Part shown: piece after piece, positions 6,398-16,188 of the stretch | How positions within the stretch are numbered: the stretch's first letter is position 1 | How the letters are laid out: every line of letters begins with the position of its first letter | DNA from: a virus | Lineage: Duplodnaviria > Caudoviricetes | Virus record (IMG/VR): IMGVR_UViG_3300032277_001725 | Span: 1 to 26,468 of that record | Direction: 5' to 3' (one strand) | Length of the DNA: 26,468 bases | Translations under genes and position numbers: made by a program | The notes under the pieces: generated by a model | The model's database searches: none | What the model was told of the DNA's origin: nothing | What the model saw: only the letters and a program-made list of their open reading frames with translations

Positions 6398-7129
6398 ATG
6401 ATTAATTATTTATTTGATGTAGATGGAACTCTGACTCCATCACGAAAGCCGATAGTCGAGGACTTCAAAAACTATTTCAAGTTTTGGATTAGCACTCAAC
6501 AATCTTCTGGAAATAAAGTATACTTCGTTACTGGTTCTGATAAAGACAAGACAATCGAACAGATTGGTGAAGACCTATGGATGATGGTAGATGGCTGTTA
6601 TCAAAACTCTGGTAATCAATTATTTTACAAGGGCGAATTAGTCTTCGAGTCAGACTGGGAAATGTGTGACCAGCTAGAAAAGGTTGTTAGTGGTCTTATA
6701 GAACAAAGCGGTTGGTATGGAACAGCAGATAATAATATTGAGAAGCGTGTTGGTATGGTTAATATATCTACTATAGGTAGGGACTGTACACATAAGCAAC
6801 GTGCCGACTATTATGAATGGGATAAAGAAAATTTAGAGAGAGAACGAATTGCAGATATTATCAGATCGAACTTTGAAGAGGTTGATGCCGTAATTGGTGG
6901 AGAGATTAGTATAGATATTTATCCCAAAGGCAAAGACAAATCACAGATACTTGGGTGTCTTGAAGGCAAGAATATATTCTTTGGAGACAACTGCTATCTC
7001 GGAGGTAATGACTATACTATAGCTGAAGCTGCATATGAAAAGTATCATGTGGCAGATTGGACTCAGACTAGAGACATTCTGGCAGTCATAGATAAGATAA
7101 AAGAAATTGAACTAGAACCTACAAAATGA
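6398..7129 (+). CDS. Eukaryotic-type phosphomannomutase (HAD-IIB)
   Basis: LFDVDGTLT motif I, VTGSD, IEKRVGMVNISTIGR, GGEISIDIYPKGKDK, FFGD...GGNDY. Start set at ATG 6398, after AAGGA and outside the tRNA. Confidence 0.88.
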   Translation: MINYLFDVDGTLTPSRKPIVEDFKNYFKFWISTQQSSGNKVYFVTGSDKDKTIEQIGEDLWMMVDGCYQNSGNQLFYKGELVFESDWEMCDQLEKVVSGLIEQSGWYGTADNNIEKRVGMVNISTIGRDCTHKQRADYYEWDKENLERERIADIIRSNFEEVDAVIGGEISIDIYPKGKDKSQILGCLEGKNIFFGDNCYLGGNDYTIAEAAYEKYHVADWTQTRDILAVIDKIKEIELEPTK

Positions 7130-7386
7130 AATATTTAATAAAGTGCTGTAATCGAATTGTCGATGTAGATAATAAACCTATTTGGTGTATCAAGTGTGGC
7201 GAGCATGATATAGAGGTTATAGAATTTACAGAAGATACGATGTTACCATGCCCATTCTGTGGTGGAGATGCTATGGCTGAGTCCCTAACTGGTATGTATT
7301 GGTATGAGTGCGAAGACTGCACAGCATCTTCTGGACATGCAGACGACTGGGTTAAGGCTAAACAAAACTGGAATGGGAGAAAGTAA
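7126..7386 (+). CDS. Zinc-finger protein with Lar (restriction alleviation)-like C-terminal domain
   Basis: LPCPFCGG...YECEDC...A..NWNGR, plus N-terminal CC/CxxC. Confidence 0.6.
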   Translation: MKYLIKCCNRIVDVDNKPIWCIKCGEHDIEVIEFTEDTMLPCPFCGGDAMAESLTGMYWYECEDCTASSGHADDWVKAKQNWNGRK

Positions 7387-7545
7387 ATGTGTGATGATCT
7401 TTACAAAAACGAATTTGATGCCAAGCTCGCAAAGGCTGAAAGAAAATGGGAGTTTAGGTATAAACAACAATGGAAAAAACAAAAAGAACTCGAAGCGACC
7501 ATTGATAGACTAAGGCAAAAAATAAGAGAATTAAAGAATGGATGA
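7387..7545 (+). CDS. Small coiled-coil hypothetical protein (52 aa)
   Basis: MCDDLYKNEFDAKLAKAERKWE...RELKNG fills the gap between its neighbours exactly. Confidence 0.55.
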   Translation: MCDDLYKNEFDAKLAKAERKWEFRYKQQWKKQKELEATIDRLRQKIRELKNG

Positions 7546-7750
7546 AATAATTTTCAAGGATTATCGTGATCCATTTCGAGCATTTAATATACATATGTCA
7601 ATCATATGTGATTTAGAGCAAGGTGGAAAGATAACCGAAGAAGAAGCGTTCACACAAATAAAAGATTTATACAAACAGTTTAAGTATTATTATAAACATA
7701 CAGTGAAGCCAAAGTTAGAGGCTATGGACAAGGATGGATATTACAAATGA
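7538..7750 (+). CDS. Conserved hypothetical protein
   Basis: ICDLEQGGKITEEEAFTQIKDLYK resembles a small family I recall from cyanobacteria and their phages. Confidence 0.65.
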   Translation: MDEIIFKDYRDPFRAFNIHMSIICDLEQGGKITEEEAFTQIKDLYKQFKYYYKHTVKPKLEAMDKDGYYK

Positions 7751-8199
7751 GTGGTAGAGTAGTTATAGTTAGTGGTTATTTTAATCCGATTCATTCTGGT
7801 CATATTGATTACCTTGAGTCAGCCAAAGAGATTGGTGACTACTTAATAGTTATAGTAAATAATGACAAACAAGTTGAACTAAAAGGTAGTGTGCCTTTTA
7901 TGGATGAAGAAGAGAGAGTTAAGATTGTGTCTAGTCTCAGGTGTGTGGACAGAGCCGTAGTTTCTATAGATGACGATCCTACCGTTTGTCAAAGTATAAA
8001 AAAAGAATATCACAGGCTACAGGACGACCCGTTCTTTATTGGCATGGCTTTTGCTAATGGAGGAGATAGAAAAAAAGGCGGTGTTCCTGAAGATGTATTA
8101 GAAGAAGAGCTTGGAATTAATATGGTATATAATGTTGGAGGAAAGAAAACTCAATCATCCAGCAGACTAATACAAACAAGCAAGATTAGAAATGTATAA
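7747..8199 (+). CDS. Cytidylyltransferase-like (HIGH) nucleotidyltransferase
   Basis: VSGYFNPIHSGH, LIVIVNND, PFMDEEER, FANGGDR, KTQSSS. Confidence 0.88.
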   Translation: MSGRVVIVSGYFNPIHSGHIDYLESAKEIGDYLIVIVNNDKQVELKGSVPFMDEEERVKIVSSLRCVDRAVVSIDDDPTVCQSIKKEYHRLQDDPFFIGMAFANGGDRKKGGVPEDVLEEELGINMVYNVGGKKTQSSSRLIQTSKIRNV

Positions 8200-8827
8200 C
8201 TTTAGAGTTGAGAAGTGTCGCAAGTATTTCAAAGAGAACTACTTTGACTTACTTAGAGATTCTGGTGTTTATTTCTGGATTGCGGGAGGCTGTGTTGCCG
8301 ATAATATATTTGACAGAGAGTATAGAGATGTCGATCTTTTCTTTAGATCAAAGGAAGAAAGTCAGAAAGCTATAGATTTTTGTGTTGCAAATTATGGATT
8401 CGATGGTATAAAGAAATACAACATGCTTGAGGCTTTCCTCTCGCACAGAATGGACACTTGGGAGTTCTGGCATTATCCAAACTTTGATGACCTCACTCCA
8501 ACAGTTTGTATAAAGTATTTTGACTTTACAGTAAATGCGTGTGCCATAGATTCTGATTTGAATTTTTATTATTGCGAGGATTTTTTTAAGGACAACGATA
8601 ATCGCAATTTAGTTTACACTGGAAATCATTATAACCTTAGCAATGGTAGACATACCACATGTATCAATAGGCTATATCGCTATATGCAAAAGGGCTTTGA
8701 TCTTAAAAACTTAGATTTTTGGGTAGAGTCTAACGCAGAAAGAACCGATATGATAAATGGTGACACTCATTGGGAACCAGTTATTGAAACACAATTAAAT
8801 ATTATAGTAGATAGATACAATGGCTAA
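8192..8827 (+). CDS. Pol-beta-fold nucleotidyltransferase (CCA-adding/poly(A) polymerase head-like)
   Basis: WIAGGCVAD...RDVDLFF and FDFTVNA motifs. Confidence 0.7.
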   Translation: MYNFRVEKCRKYFKENYFDLLRDSGVYFWIAGGCVADNIFDREYRDVDLFFRSKEESQKAIDFCVANYGFDGIKKYNMLEAFLSHRMDTWEFWHYPNFDDLTPTVCIKYFDFTVNACAIDSDLNFYYCEDFFKDNDNRNLVYTGNHYNLSNGRHTTCINRLYRYMQKGFDLKNLDFWVESNAERTDMINGDTHWEPVIETQLNIIVDRYNG

Positions 8828-8999
8828 GAAAAAGACATTCAAAAAACAAGAAACTGACGAAGAAGAGCTTGCAAAATTCAAAGAACATATTAAAATGATT
8901 AATGAGAAGACTAAGAAGATAGTCGATAAGTACCGAACGTGGTGGGATAAAGAGAAGAGAACATGGAAAGAGGGGTTCAAAGGACATGGACATTCGTAA
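8820..8999 (+). CDS. Small basic hypothetical protein (59 aa)
   Basis: MAKKKTFKKQ...GHGHS; coupled to both neighbours. Confidence 0.55.
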   Translation: MAKKKTFKKQETDEEELAKFKEHIKMINEKTKKIVDKYRTWWDKEKRTWKEGFKGHGHS

Positions 9000-9240
9000 A
9001 GAGCTTTGTGAACATTTTGGCGATGAGCTTTTGTTTGCCGATGGTTATGATGGTGCTATTATTGGGGTTTGTGGTGGACACGATTCTGGAAGGGTTGCTT
9101 ATTCTGTTACGAAGATGATAGAGATATGTGCTAAAGAGTTATCAGTAGACCCTGATGAAGCGGCTGAATGGCTTGAGTATAATACCTTTGGTGCTTATGT
9201 TGGAGAGAACACACCTATTTATGTGGAGAGTAGTTACTAA
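8986..9240 (+). CDS. Conserved phage hypothetical protein
   Basis: ADGYDGAIIG...EYNTFGAYVGENTP motif; GAGGGG RBS. Confidence 0.8.
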   Translation: MDIRKELCEHFGDELLFADGYDGAIIGVCGGHDSGRVAYSVTKMIEICAKELSVDPDEAAEWLEYNTFGAYVGENTPIYVESSY

Positions 9241-9538
9241 TGGAAGCGTTATTAGCAGGACTAACAGCATGGGGAATTGAACTTACGGTTGCGGGACTAG
9301 GGTTTTACTTACTATATAGAGAAGAACAAAAAGTATTCAGGAGACGGGAAAATGCCAAAGAAGAAAAATGAATGTCACATATGTAAAGAGAAGAGTTCAG
9401 ATTGGTATGTTGTCAAAACCAATAAAGGTAACTTGTACCGATGTTCAGAGTGTTACGAATTAATGTATATGCGTCAACAAAGAGACGACTACGCTAACTA
9501 TAGAAGCGATATAACATATTTCAAGGATTGATTATACT

Positions 9539-9955
9539 ATGGCTAAAAGAAAAGCACCACAAAAACAATGTCCTGCTTGTGAAGGAAAGTGCCACGCAAG
9601 GGCTTCAACATGTAGTTGCGGCCATGTGTTCTTCAAAAAGAAACGATCAATCGTAGAAGATTGGACACAGCTACAGGCAGGTGACGAAATAAAATCAGTT
9701 AAAGGTCATGGAAGTTATTGGTTAAACACAGAGACTAGAGAGAAAACCTATATGGGAGTTTATGGTAAACTAATTGTAAAGTCTGTTATTCGTGACGGTA
9801 TTCTTGCTTTTACAGTTTATAAGGGGTTACAGTCTTCTGTTTTAGAATTTGTCTATATGGGTGAGGCCGGAAAATGGCGGCTGTTAGATAACTATTATCG
9901 TCGGCCACATAAATTAATTTGGACAAAATCAAAAAAGAGGTTGAAAAAAGTTTAG
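9539..9955 (+). CDS. Hypothetical protein with N-terminal zinc ribbon
   Basis: CPAC...CSCGHVF; basic. Confidence 0.7.
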   Translation: MAKRKAPQKQCPACEGKCHARASTCSCGHVFFKKKRSIVEDWTQLQAGDEIKSVKGHGSYWLNTETREKTYMGVYGKLIVKSVIRDGILAFTVYKGLQSSVLEFVYMGEAGKWRLLDNYYRRPHKLIWTKSKKRLKKV

Positions 9956-9969
9956 TAGTATTGTATAAT
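9941..9969 (+). promoter_or_regulatory. Sigma70-like promoter
   Basis: TTGAAA-17 nt-TATAAT. Confidence 0.6.
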
Positions 9970-10005
9970 ACTTTTGTATATTGTTTTTTTAATGGAGGTT
10001 TTATT

Positions 10006-10212
10006 ATGATTGATTGGTCAACTATTTTGTCCAACAAGACTAGAGTTAAGGCAGTTAAGAAATTCGCAGTAGGCGAAACTAGCGGTCGAGAACTTACGTC
10101 AAATTTTGCAAACACCGAAGGTAGTGGAGAAGTTCGTAATCTTCTTCGCAGTCACGGTGTAACTTACGGTCGCCGCCTTGCACGCAAAGCATTGAAGCGA
10201 CGAGGATATTAA
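10006..10212 (+). CDS. Small basic hypothetical protein (68 aa)
   Basis: GGAGG RBS before ATG 10006 (MIDWSTIL). Confidence 0.7.
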   Translation: MIDWSTILSNKTRVKAVKKFAVGETSGRELTSNFANTEGSGEVRNLLRSHGVTYGRRLARKALKRRGY

Positions 10213-10233
10213 TTTTTTTAGGAGTATAACACG

Positions 10234-10608
10234 ATGAATAATTTTGTAACTTTCGAGGGAAACCTCACCAAAGACCCAGAACATAAGACTATCAATGAGA
10301 CTCGTGACTTGGCCGTATTTCGTATGGCAATCAACGAACGAATCAGCAAAGACTATGAAGAGACTTTGTACATTGATGTCAATGCTTGGGGATATCAGGC
10401 ATCTTATTGTAAGAATGTCGAACTCTCTAAGGGTGATCGGGTTAGCGTTCGAGGTCGATTACAAGATCGTTCGTGGACGGATAACGATGGCAATAAAAGG
10501 TTTTCAATGGTAGTAGTACCAGAAAACATTGGCAAAGTTGTTCGTGCGCCACGAAAGCAGGAACAAGGCTTCGCCTCCGTTGCTGAAACAACTGAAGACG
10601 TATTTTAA
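10234..10608 (+). CDS. ssb: Single-stranded DNA-binding protein
   Basis: MNNFVTFEGNLTKDPE, AWG..A, KGDRVSVRGRLQDRSWTD..G.KR; acidic tail ending EDVF. Confidence 0.92.
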   Translation: MNNFVTFEGNLTKDPEHKTINETRDLAVFRMAINERISKDYEETLYIDVNAWGYQASYCKNVELSKGDRVSVRGRLQDRSWTDNDGNKRFSMVVVPENIGKVVRAPRKQEQGFASVAETTEDVF

Positions 10609-10618
10609 TCAGTGAGAA

Positions 10619-10650
10619 TCTGGCGGGAGGAAACTCCCGTCAGACTTTTT
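10619..10650 (+). terminator. Rho-independent terminator
   Basis: TCTGGCGGGAG-GAAA-CTCCCGTCAGA then CTTTTT, right after ssb. Confidence 0.85.
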
Positions 10651-10654
10651 AATT

Positions 10655-10837
10655 ATGAATGAAAATAGAATATATAATAGACTAGAGACAATCAATAATT
10701 CACTCCAAGAACTTGAGTCTAAGATTGAATCTAGTATAACTATTAGAGATACAAAAGAGCTTATGAAAAAGCAAAGCAAGTTAATCAAAGAAAGAAACAA
10801 ACTCAAGAAGAGGTTGTCTAGGAACTATGAAGTATAA
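10655..10837 (+). CDS. Small coiled-coil hypothetical protein
   Basis: ORF track; heptad-like composition. Confidence 0.55.
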   Translation: MNENRIYNRLETINNSLQELESKIESSITIRDTKELMKKQSKLIKERNKLKKRLSRNYEV

Positions 10838-11036
10838 ACAGAAACAACGTAAAGCCAAGAAGCGAGAGCAGAAGGTGCGGGCAAAATTGTCTCGCCGCAA
10901 AAAGGCAAAGTTTTTTGCTGACAAAGAGAAGAGAGAAAGATGGATGATTGATAGAGAGTTTGAGAAGGAAAGAAATAAGATGCTCAGAACTACTGTCAGA
11001 AAACCAAAAGAAATTTCAGAAAACACTGAAGAATAA
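10827..11036 (+). CDS. Highly basic hypothetical protein
   Basis: K/R-rich; AGGA upstream. Confidence 0.6.
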   Translation: MKYKQKQRKAKKREQKVRAKLSRRKKAKFFADKEKRERWMIDREFEKERNKMLRTTVRKPKEISENTEE

Positions 11037-11038
11037 TC

Positions 11039-11103
11039 TTGCAAGCGACGATTAGTATAGTATAATAAGACACGTATCAGGTTAATAACACGTTTATAGG
11101 GGA
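11039..11103 (+). promoter_or_regulatory. Promoter and leader of rIIA, paralogous to 1310-1425 but without the stem-loop unit
   Basis: TTGCAA-gcGACGAT-N8-TATAAT-AAGACACG...ATCAGGTTAATAACACGTTTATAGG. Confidence 0.7.
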
Positions 11104-11111
11104 TTCAAATT

Positions 11112-13211
11112 ATGAAATTACAAACTAATCAAAACACTATTCAACGATCATCTGACTTTCAGTCAACCAGTTACAAGATCGAGGCTACTGCAAAAGCGTT
11201 CTCTATCTTATCAGATGGTCTTTACTCGAATAAGATCAAAGCAGTTATTCGTGAGCTATCTACCAATGCGTATGATTCTCATGTCTCGGCAGGCTGTCCT
11301 GATTCCCCATTCCGTGTTCAGCTTCCAACAAGGCTGGAGCCGGTATTTGTCGTGCGTGACTTTGGCACAGGCCTTAGTTATGATGACTGCTTTAATCTTT
11401 ATACTACTTACTTTGGTAGCAACAAGACTGATTCCAACGATGCTGTTGGTTGCTTAGGTCTTGGCAGTAAGTCTCCCTTTGCTTATACTGACTCCTTCAT
11501 GGTTGAGTCTTTCTTCAACGGCACTCGCTACGTTTTCAATTCTTACATGAATGAAGCTGGTTCTCCTGAGTTTGCATTGCTACACGAAGAGCCTACCGAT
11601 GAGCCTAACGGTATGCAGATCAGCATGAACGTAGAGTCTACTGACATTTGGGAATTCGAGAATGAAGCCAAGTCGGTCTTCCAGCACTTTGCTGTCCGTC
11701 CAGAGATCAATGCTGAGCTTGAATATAAATCTGAAGAGGTTAAGTTTGGTGGTGACAACTGGTCTGTTCTTAAAAGACGTTCTGGCAACCATGTTATCAT
11801 GGGTCAAATTTTGTACCCTATTGACGACATGCAGTTTCAGAACGAAGAGACAGACGACATCTGGCGTGCGCTCCGTCAGCTTGGAAGTCTTCGCTTACAC
11901 ATGAACATTGGTGATATTGACATCACTCCTTCTCGTGAGTCTATCTCTTACAGTGGCAGAACTAAGTATAATATTACTTGCGCTATCAATCGCATCATAG
12001 AAAGCATTGGAGATAAAGCCAAAGAAGAAATACTTGCCTGTACTAATCTTTGGAGTGCAAGATGGAGGGCTATGGAAATCTTTGACACTGTTGGTAAGAT
12101 TGGCGACTTAGCAGACGATGTTCTGTTTGAGATAGAATTCAACGGCCAGAAGGTTTTTGAAGATGGTTCAGAATATGTGCAGTTGAGAACAGATGAAGAC
12201 GTAGCAATGAACATTGTACGTTATGACAAATCAAAATGGCGTGAGACTTGTTCAAGAGAAGATGTATCTTGGATTCGTGCTGGCAAAGGCCATGTCTTCT
12301 ATCAAGACAAGAAGTCAGGTAGTGTTGCTCGCATAAGACATTTACTCAAAGAGCAAGGTGAAGGTATTGTATATCTTATCCCCAACGGTAAGATAGAGCA
12401 GGTGGCTAAGCGTCTTGGTTGTGAGCCAGAGTACATCACCAACGTGACTACTCTCCCTGCTCCTCCAAAGCAAGTATCTAAGACTACATCGAGTTCATCA
12501 TACGTTGCTGGTCTTGATGGCCTGTACAAGTCTAAAGGTCAATGGTATGGAAATACTTTTAACGTAGGTGTTAAAGAAGAGGATGCTTACTATATTATCC
12601 AGACCAGAGGTGACATGGAGATCAAAGGTTACAATGTTGGTACTCGTTATATCAAATCGGCTCTGACTGTTTTGGATTCGCTTGGTGTTGATACAAGTCA
12701 CCTAAGCGAGAAGTTATTCTATGTAACTCCATCCAAAGCCAAGACCATGAAGCTCGAAGAACGGAATAACTGGCAGGATGGACTAGAATATATCCAAAAC
12801 CAGATCAAGCGTCAGCTTGTTATCATGACTAATGATCTTACGTTGTTCCATAATTCATCCACCGGCAAGTGGTCTATTGGTAACGAACACACGGGGCGAG
12901 TATGTACACTGCAAGAGTTACATCCACTCCTCAATAGTCGTGGAGACTTCTACGAGTTTTCTAAGTTGTTCCATCCAGACTACACTGTTGATAAGGTCGT
13001 GTTGTCAGATTTGAAAGAAGTAGCCCAACGTCTGAAAGTATGGACAGATTTTGCAGATAATCTGGAAGAAAATTCAAGTGAGTCACTTGATACTGACGAA
13101 TTATATGATAGTATGGTAGAGAAGTATCCGATGTTGCAGTTTGCTACAAGCTGGATGTCGGACGAACAGTTACAAGTTATTGCAAATTATATTGATAGTA
13201 TGGAGGTGTGA
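11112..13211 (+). CDS. rIIA: RIIA-like protein (N-terminal GHKL/HATPase domain)
   Basis: LYSNKIKAVIRELSTNAYDSH, RDFGTGL, GCLGLGSKSPFAYTDSF, DITPSRESISY; followed by rIIB. Confidence 0.9.
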   Translation: MKLQTNQNTIQRSSDFQSTSYKIEATAKAFSILSDGLYSNKIKAVIRELSTNAYDSHVSAGCPDSPFRVQLPTRLEPVFVVRDFGTGLSYDDCFNLYTTYFGSNKTDSNDAVGCLGLGSKSPFAYTDSFMVESFFNGTRYVFNSYMNEAGSPEFALLHEEPTDEPNGMQISMNVESTDIWEFENEAKSVFQHFAVRPEINAELEYKSEEVKFGGDNWSVLKRRSGNHVIMGQILYPIDDMQFQNEETDDIWRALRQLGSLRLHMNIGDIDITPSRESISYSGRTKYNITCAINRIIESIGDKAKEEILACTNLWSARWRAMEIFDTVGKIGDLADDVLFEIEFNGQKVFEDGSEYVQLRTDEDVAMNIVRYDKSKWRETCSREDVSWIRAGKGHVFYQDKKSGSVARIRHLLKEQGEGIVYLIPNGKIEQVAKRLGCEPEYITNVTTLPAPPKQVSKTTSSSSYVAGLDGLYKSKGQWYGNTFNVGVKEEDAYYIIQTRGDMEIKGYNVGTRYIKSALTVLDSLGVDTSHLSEKLFYVTPSKAKTMKLEERNNWQDGLEYIQNQIKRQLVIMTNDLTLFHNSSTGKWSIGNEHTGRVCTLQELHPLLNSRGDFYEFSKLFHPDYTVDKVVLSDLKEVAQRLKVWTDFADNLEENSSESLDTDELYDSMVEKYPMLQFATSWMSDEQLQVIANYIDSMEV

Positions 13212-13212
13212 T

Positions 13213-14085
13213 ATGAAATATATCATTAGTGATTCAGGTGTAGTAAATGCTTTTGTTGGTGGCGAGGCATATACTTTTGACAAGAACCACCACAATTATA
13301 ATTCTCTCATTCGCCATTTGAAGGGTGGCAATGTAGAACACTTCGAGGCGGCATACGATGTTGCATCTTCAGTAGAACATTTCTGTGATGGCTATGTGCA
13401 TGTCAAGAATGGAACACTGAACTGGAACGGGATTCCAATGCCAGAACTGTTTACTGATCGTATCTTAGATATGAAGAAGGAGGGCTTTGACTTTGATTCC
13501 ATGCTGAACTTCATGTGCAATCTAAATGATAACCCATCAGACAAATCTATCCTAGAATTGTTTGACTTCATGCAGAATAAGAACCTGCCGATTACACAAG
13601 ACGGTCACTTCTTGGCTTACAAAGCTGTACGTCCAGACTTCAAAGATATTTACAGTGGCTCGATTGACAATAGCATTGGTGAAGTGGTTGAGGTTGATCG
13701 CTCTAAGGTTGATGGTAATCGTAATCGACATTGTAGTGCAGGTCTTCACGTTGGAGCTATCGACTATGTTACCAGCTACGGCGGTATCAGCTTGGAAAAT
13801 CACGACAACAATGACAGTGGTGGTGGAAACCAGATCGTCATCTGCAAGGTCAATCCTGCTGATGTTGTGAGCGTACCAAGTGACTCTCGTTTTCAGAAGC
13901 TCCGAGCTTGTCGCTACGAAGTAGTTGCAGTCTTTGAAGATGTGTTTGATAAAGCTGTTGAAGTTTTGGGTTCTACGGTTGATAATGTTAGTGTCGCAAA
14001 GTACAATGATGCTTGGAAAGAAGACATCCGTGTTCGACTTGAGCGTTTATCAACAGTCCTTAAAGGACAGAGTGTAGGAGTTTAA
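13213..14085 (+). CDS. rIIB: RIIB-like protein
   Basis: NPS...ELFDF, ITQDGHFLAYKAV, CSAGLHVG, KVNPADVVSVP, KLRACRYEV; ATG 13213 after GGAGG. Confidence 0.9.
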   Translation: MKYIISDSGVVNAFVGGEAYTFDKNHHNYNSLIRHLKGGNVEHFEAAYDVASSVEHFCDGYVHVKNGTLNWNGIPMPELFTDRILDMKKEGFDFDSMLNFMCNLNDNPSDKSILELFDFMQNKNLPITQDGHFLAYKAVRPDFKDIYSGSIDNSIGEVVEVDRSKVDGNRNRHCSAGLHVGAIDYVTSYGGISLENHDNNDSGGGNQIVICKVNPADVVSVPSDSRFQKLRACRYEVVAVFEDVFDKAVEVLGSTVDNVSVAKYNDAWKEDIRVRLERLSTVLKGQSVGV

Positions 14086-14086
14086 T

Positions 14087-15031
14087 ATGAAGTGTATTGT
14101 TACTGGTGGTGCTGGTTTTATCGGGAGTAATCTCGTTGACAGGCTAGTACAAGATGGAAATGAAGTTGTAGTTATCGACAATGAGTCTGCAACATGCAAT
14201 GAAGATTTTTATTGGAATGACGAGGCAGACAATCATAAGTTTGACATTTGTGATTACAATAATATCTACCCTTTGTTTAAGGGCGCTGATTGTGTATTTC
14301 ATCTTGCGGCTGAAGCTCGAATTCAGCCAGCCATCAAGAACCCGATCAAGTCTGCGCAAACAAACGTGGTTGGGACATGTAACGTACTTCAGGCCGCTAG
14401 GGAGAACGGTGTAGACCGTGTTATCTACTCATCTACATCGTCTGCCTACGGTTTAATTAACACTCCTCCACTAACTGAGGATATGCCAAACGATTGTTTG
14501 AATCCATATTCTGTCACAAAAACTTGCGGCGAGCAACTTTGTGATATGTATACTGAACTATTTGGATTGAAGACATTAACGCTACGCTACTTCAATGTAT
14601 ATGGAGAGCGTCAGCCACTTAAAGGACAGTACGCTCCTGTTGTAGGCATCTTCTTGCGTCAAGTAGAGTCGCGCGAACCAATGACTATTGTTGGTGATGG
14701 GCTACAGAGAAGAGACTTCACACATGTGTCTGATGCTGTTGAAGCTAACATCTTAGCAATGAATAGCGAATCTGTTAGTATATGGGGACAAATCTTTAAC
14801 ATTGGTTGCGGTAAAAATTATTCCATCTTAGAGCTTGCAAAAATGATTGGCATAAAGTATACTCATGTATCGGAGAGGGTTGGTGAAGCTAGAGTAACTT
14901 TGGCTGATATAAATAAAGCCAGATTTTTATTGGAATGGAAACCTAAAGTAGAACTTGAAGACTGGATCAACCAATATAGATTCAGTCAGAGTGCTATGGG
15001 TGTAAAAGAATGGATGATTAACAGGAGATAA
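14087..15031 (+). CDS. NAD-dependent nucleotide-sugar epimerase/dehydratase (extended SDR)
   Basis: TGGAGFIG, FHLAA, SSTSSAYG, YxxxK (YSVTK), RYFNVYG, GDG.Q.RDFTHV. Confidence 0.92.
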   Translation: MKCIVTGGAGFIGSNLVDRLVQDGNEVVVIDNESATCNEDFYWNDEADNHKFDICDYNNIYPLFKGADCVFHLAAEARIQPAIKNPIKSAQTNVVGTCNVLQAARENGVDRVIYSSTSSAYGLINTPPLTEDMPNDCLNPYSVTKTCGEQLCDMYTELFGLKTLTLRYFNVYGERQPLKGQYAPVVGIFLRQVESREPMTIVGDGLQRRDFTHVSDAVEANILAMNSESVSIWGQIFNIGCGKNYSILELAKMIGIKYTHVSERVGEARVTLADINKARFLLEWKPKVELEDWINQYRFSQSAMGVKEWMINRR

Positions 15032-15032
15032 T

Positions 15033-15473
15033 ATGTTACATTCAGGTTCATATAATATTGATTTTATTATGCTTATTGTGCTTGCCTTTTTCTTGCCAGC
15101 TATAATAAAGAATTTTATGGTATTGCTTCAGTGGATACGTCATGGAAATACTAATAATATTGCTGACACGGCTCAGGAGGCTTTAGGCAGGCAGCAGCAG
15201 TGGAATATGATTGTTGAGTCAGCCATGATTGACGCTATGTCGGGTAACAAATCAGCAAGAGACTGGGTTACAAAGAATGTTTTTTCTGAGGATACACCAC
15301 CACAAGTTGGAATATCAAACACAGATAATCAAGTAATCCGAGATGCTTACGATGGGCTAAAGAGTTTGGGATACAAATCAAAAGAGTTAAGACACAAGTT
15401 AAAAGAGTTATGTGCGAGTAAAACATATGCTAATGTAGATGACTTGATTCAGGATTTTATTAGAGGTGCTTAA
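15033..15473 (+). CDS. Membrane-anchored protein with C-terminal RuvA domain III-like segment
   Basis: N-terminal hydrophobic helix; DAYDGLKSLGYKSKE...VDDLIQDFIR resembles RuvA_C (A..AL..LGY...E...E.LIR). Confidence 0.5.
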   Translation: MLHSGSYNIDFIMLIVLAFFLPAIIKNFMVLLQWIRHGNTNNIADTAQEALGRQQQWNMIVESAMIDAMSGNKSARDWVTKNVFSEDTPPQVGISNTDNQVIRDAYDGLKSLGYKSKELRHKLKELCASKTYANVDDLIQDFIRGA

Positions 15474-16019
15474 ATGAATAGATTAAAAAACTCACTATGT
15501 TATCTATGCGGTGCTATGGATCGTGTTACAGATGGCGGCGTTGGATGGAGAGGCAATATCACGCCCAAGCTACAAGAGCTTGGTATTGGTGTTCTAAATC
15601 CATGCGATAAGCCTAGTGATTACGCTCTGGAAAACGAAGACACTAGAGATATATTAAATAATCTAAAGCGCGCACAGAAGTACGATGAGCTTACTGACCA
15701 TATGAAACCAATCTGCGCAGTAGACCTTAGAATGGTTGACATCGCTCATTTTATAGTCATGAGTGTTGATGTCGATGCTCACCTGTGTGGTTCTTATCAT
15801 GAAGCCGCTGTTGCGATCAGCCAAAAGAAGCCAGTGATTGTTATGTGTAAACAGGGCAAACAAAACCTTCCAAACTGGTTATTTGGTGTAATTCCGCATG
15901 AAATGGTATTTTCTAACTGGAGTGAAGTTCTTGAATATCTGAACCATATCAATGAAGATGAAGACGCAAAACACTCCAATAGATGGAGATTCTTTGACTG
16001 GGAGAAGGTTTATGGTTAA
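15474..16019 (+). CDS. Nucleoside 2'-deoxyribosyltransferase-like protein
   Basis: YLCGAM, WR, VLNP, DLRMVDIA, GSYHE, KKPVIV. Confidence 0.75.
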   Translation: MNRLKNSLCYLCGAMDRVTDGGVGWRGNITPKLQELGIGVLNPCDKPSDYALENEDTRDILNNLKRAQKYDELTDHMKPICAVDLRMVDIAHFIVMSVDVDAHLCGSYHEAAVAISQKKPVIVMCKQGKQNLPNWLFGVIPHEMVFSNWSEVLEYLNHINEDEDAKHSNRWRFFDWEKVYG

Positions 16020-16188
16020 TTTCTTTTTTTGTTCCTGCTGTCAAGGTGAGGTAGACACCGAAGATTGTGTATTAATAGATATACTAGAAAAACCAGCAGG
16101 TAGAACATATGTATTTGAGTGTCCAGAGTGCGGATACACTGGCAATAGTGAAATCTTAAACGAGTATCAATATGACTTCAAAAAATAA
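16012..16188 (+). CDS. Small zinc-ribbon protein
   Basis: CSCC...CPECG; ATG 16012 after GAAGG. Confidence 0.6.
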   Translation: MVNFFFCSCCQGEVDTEDCVLIDILEKPAGRTYVFECPECGYTGNSEILNEYQYDFKK

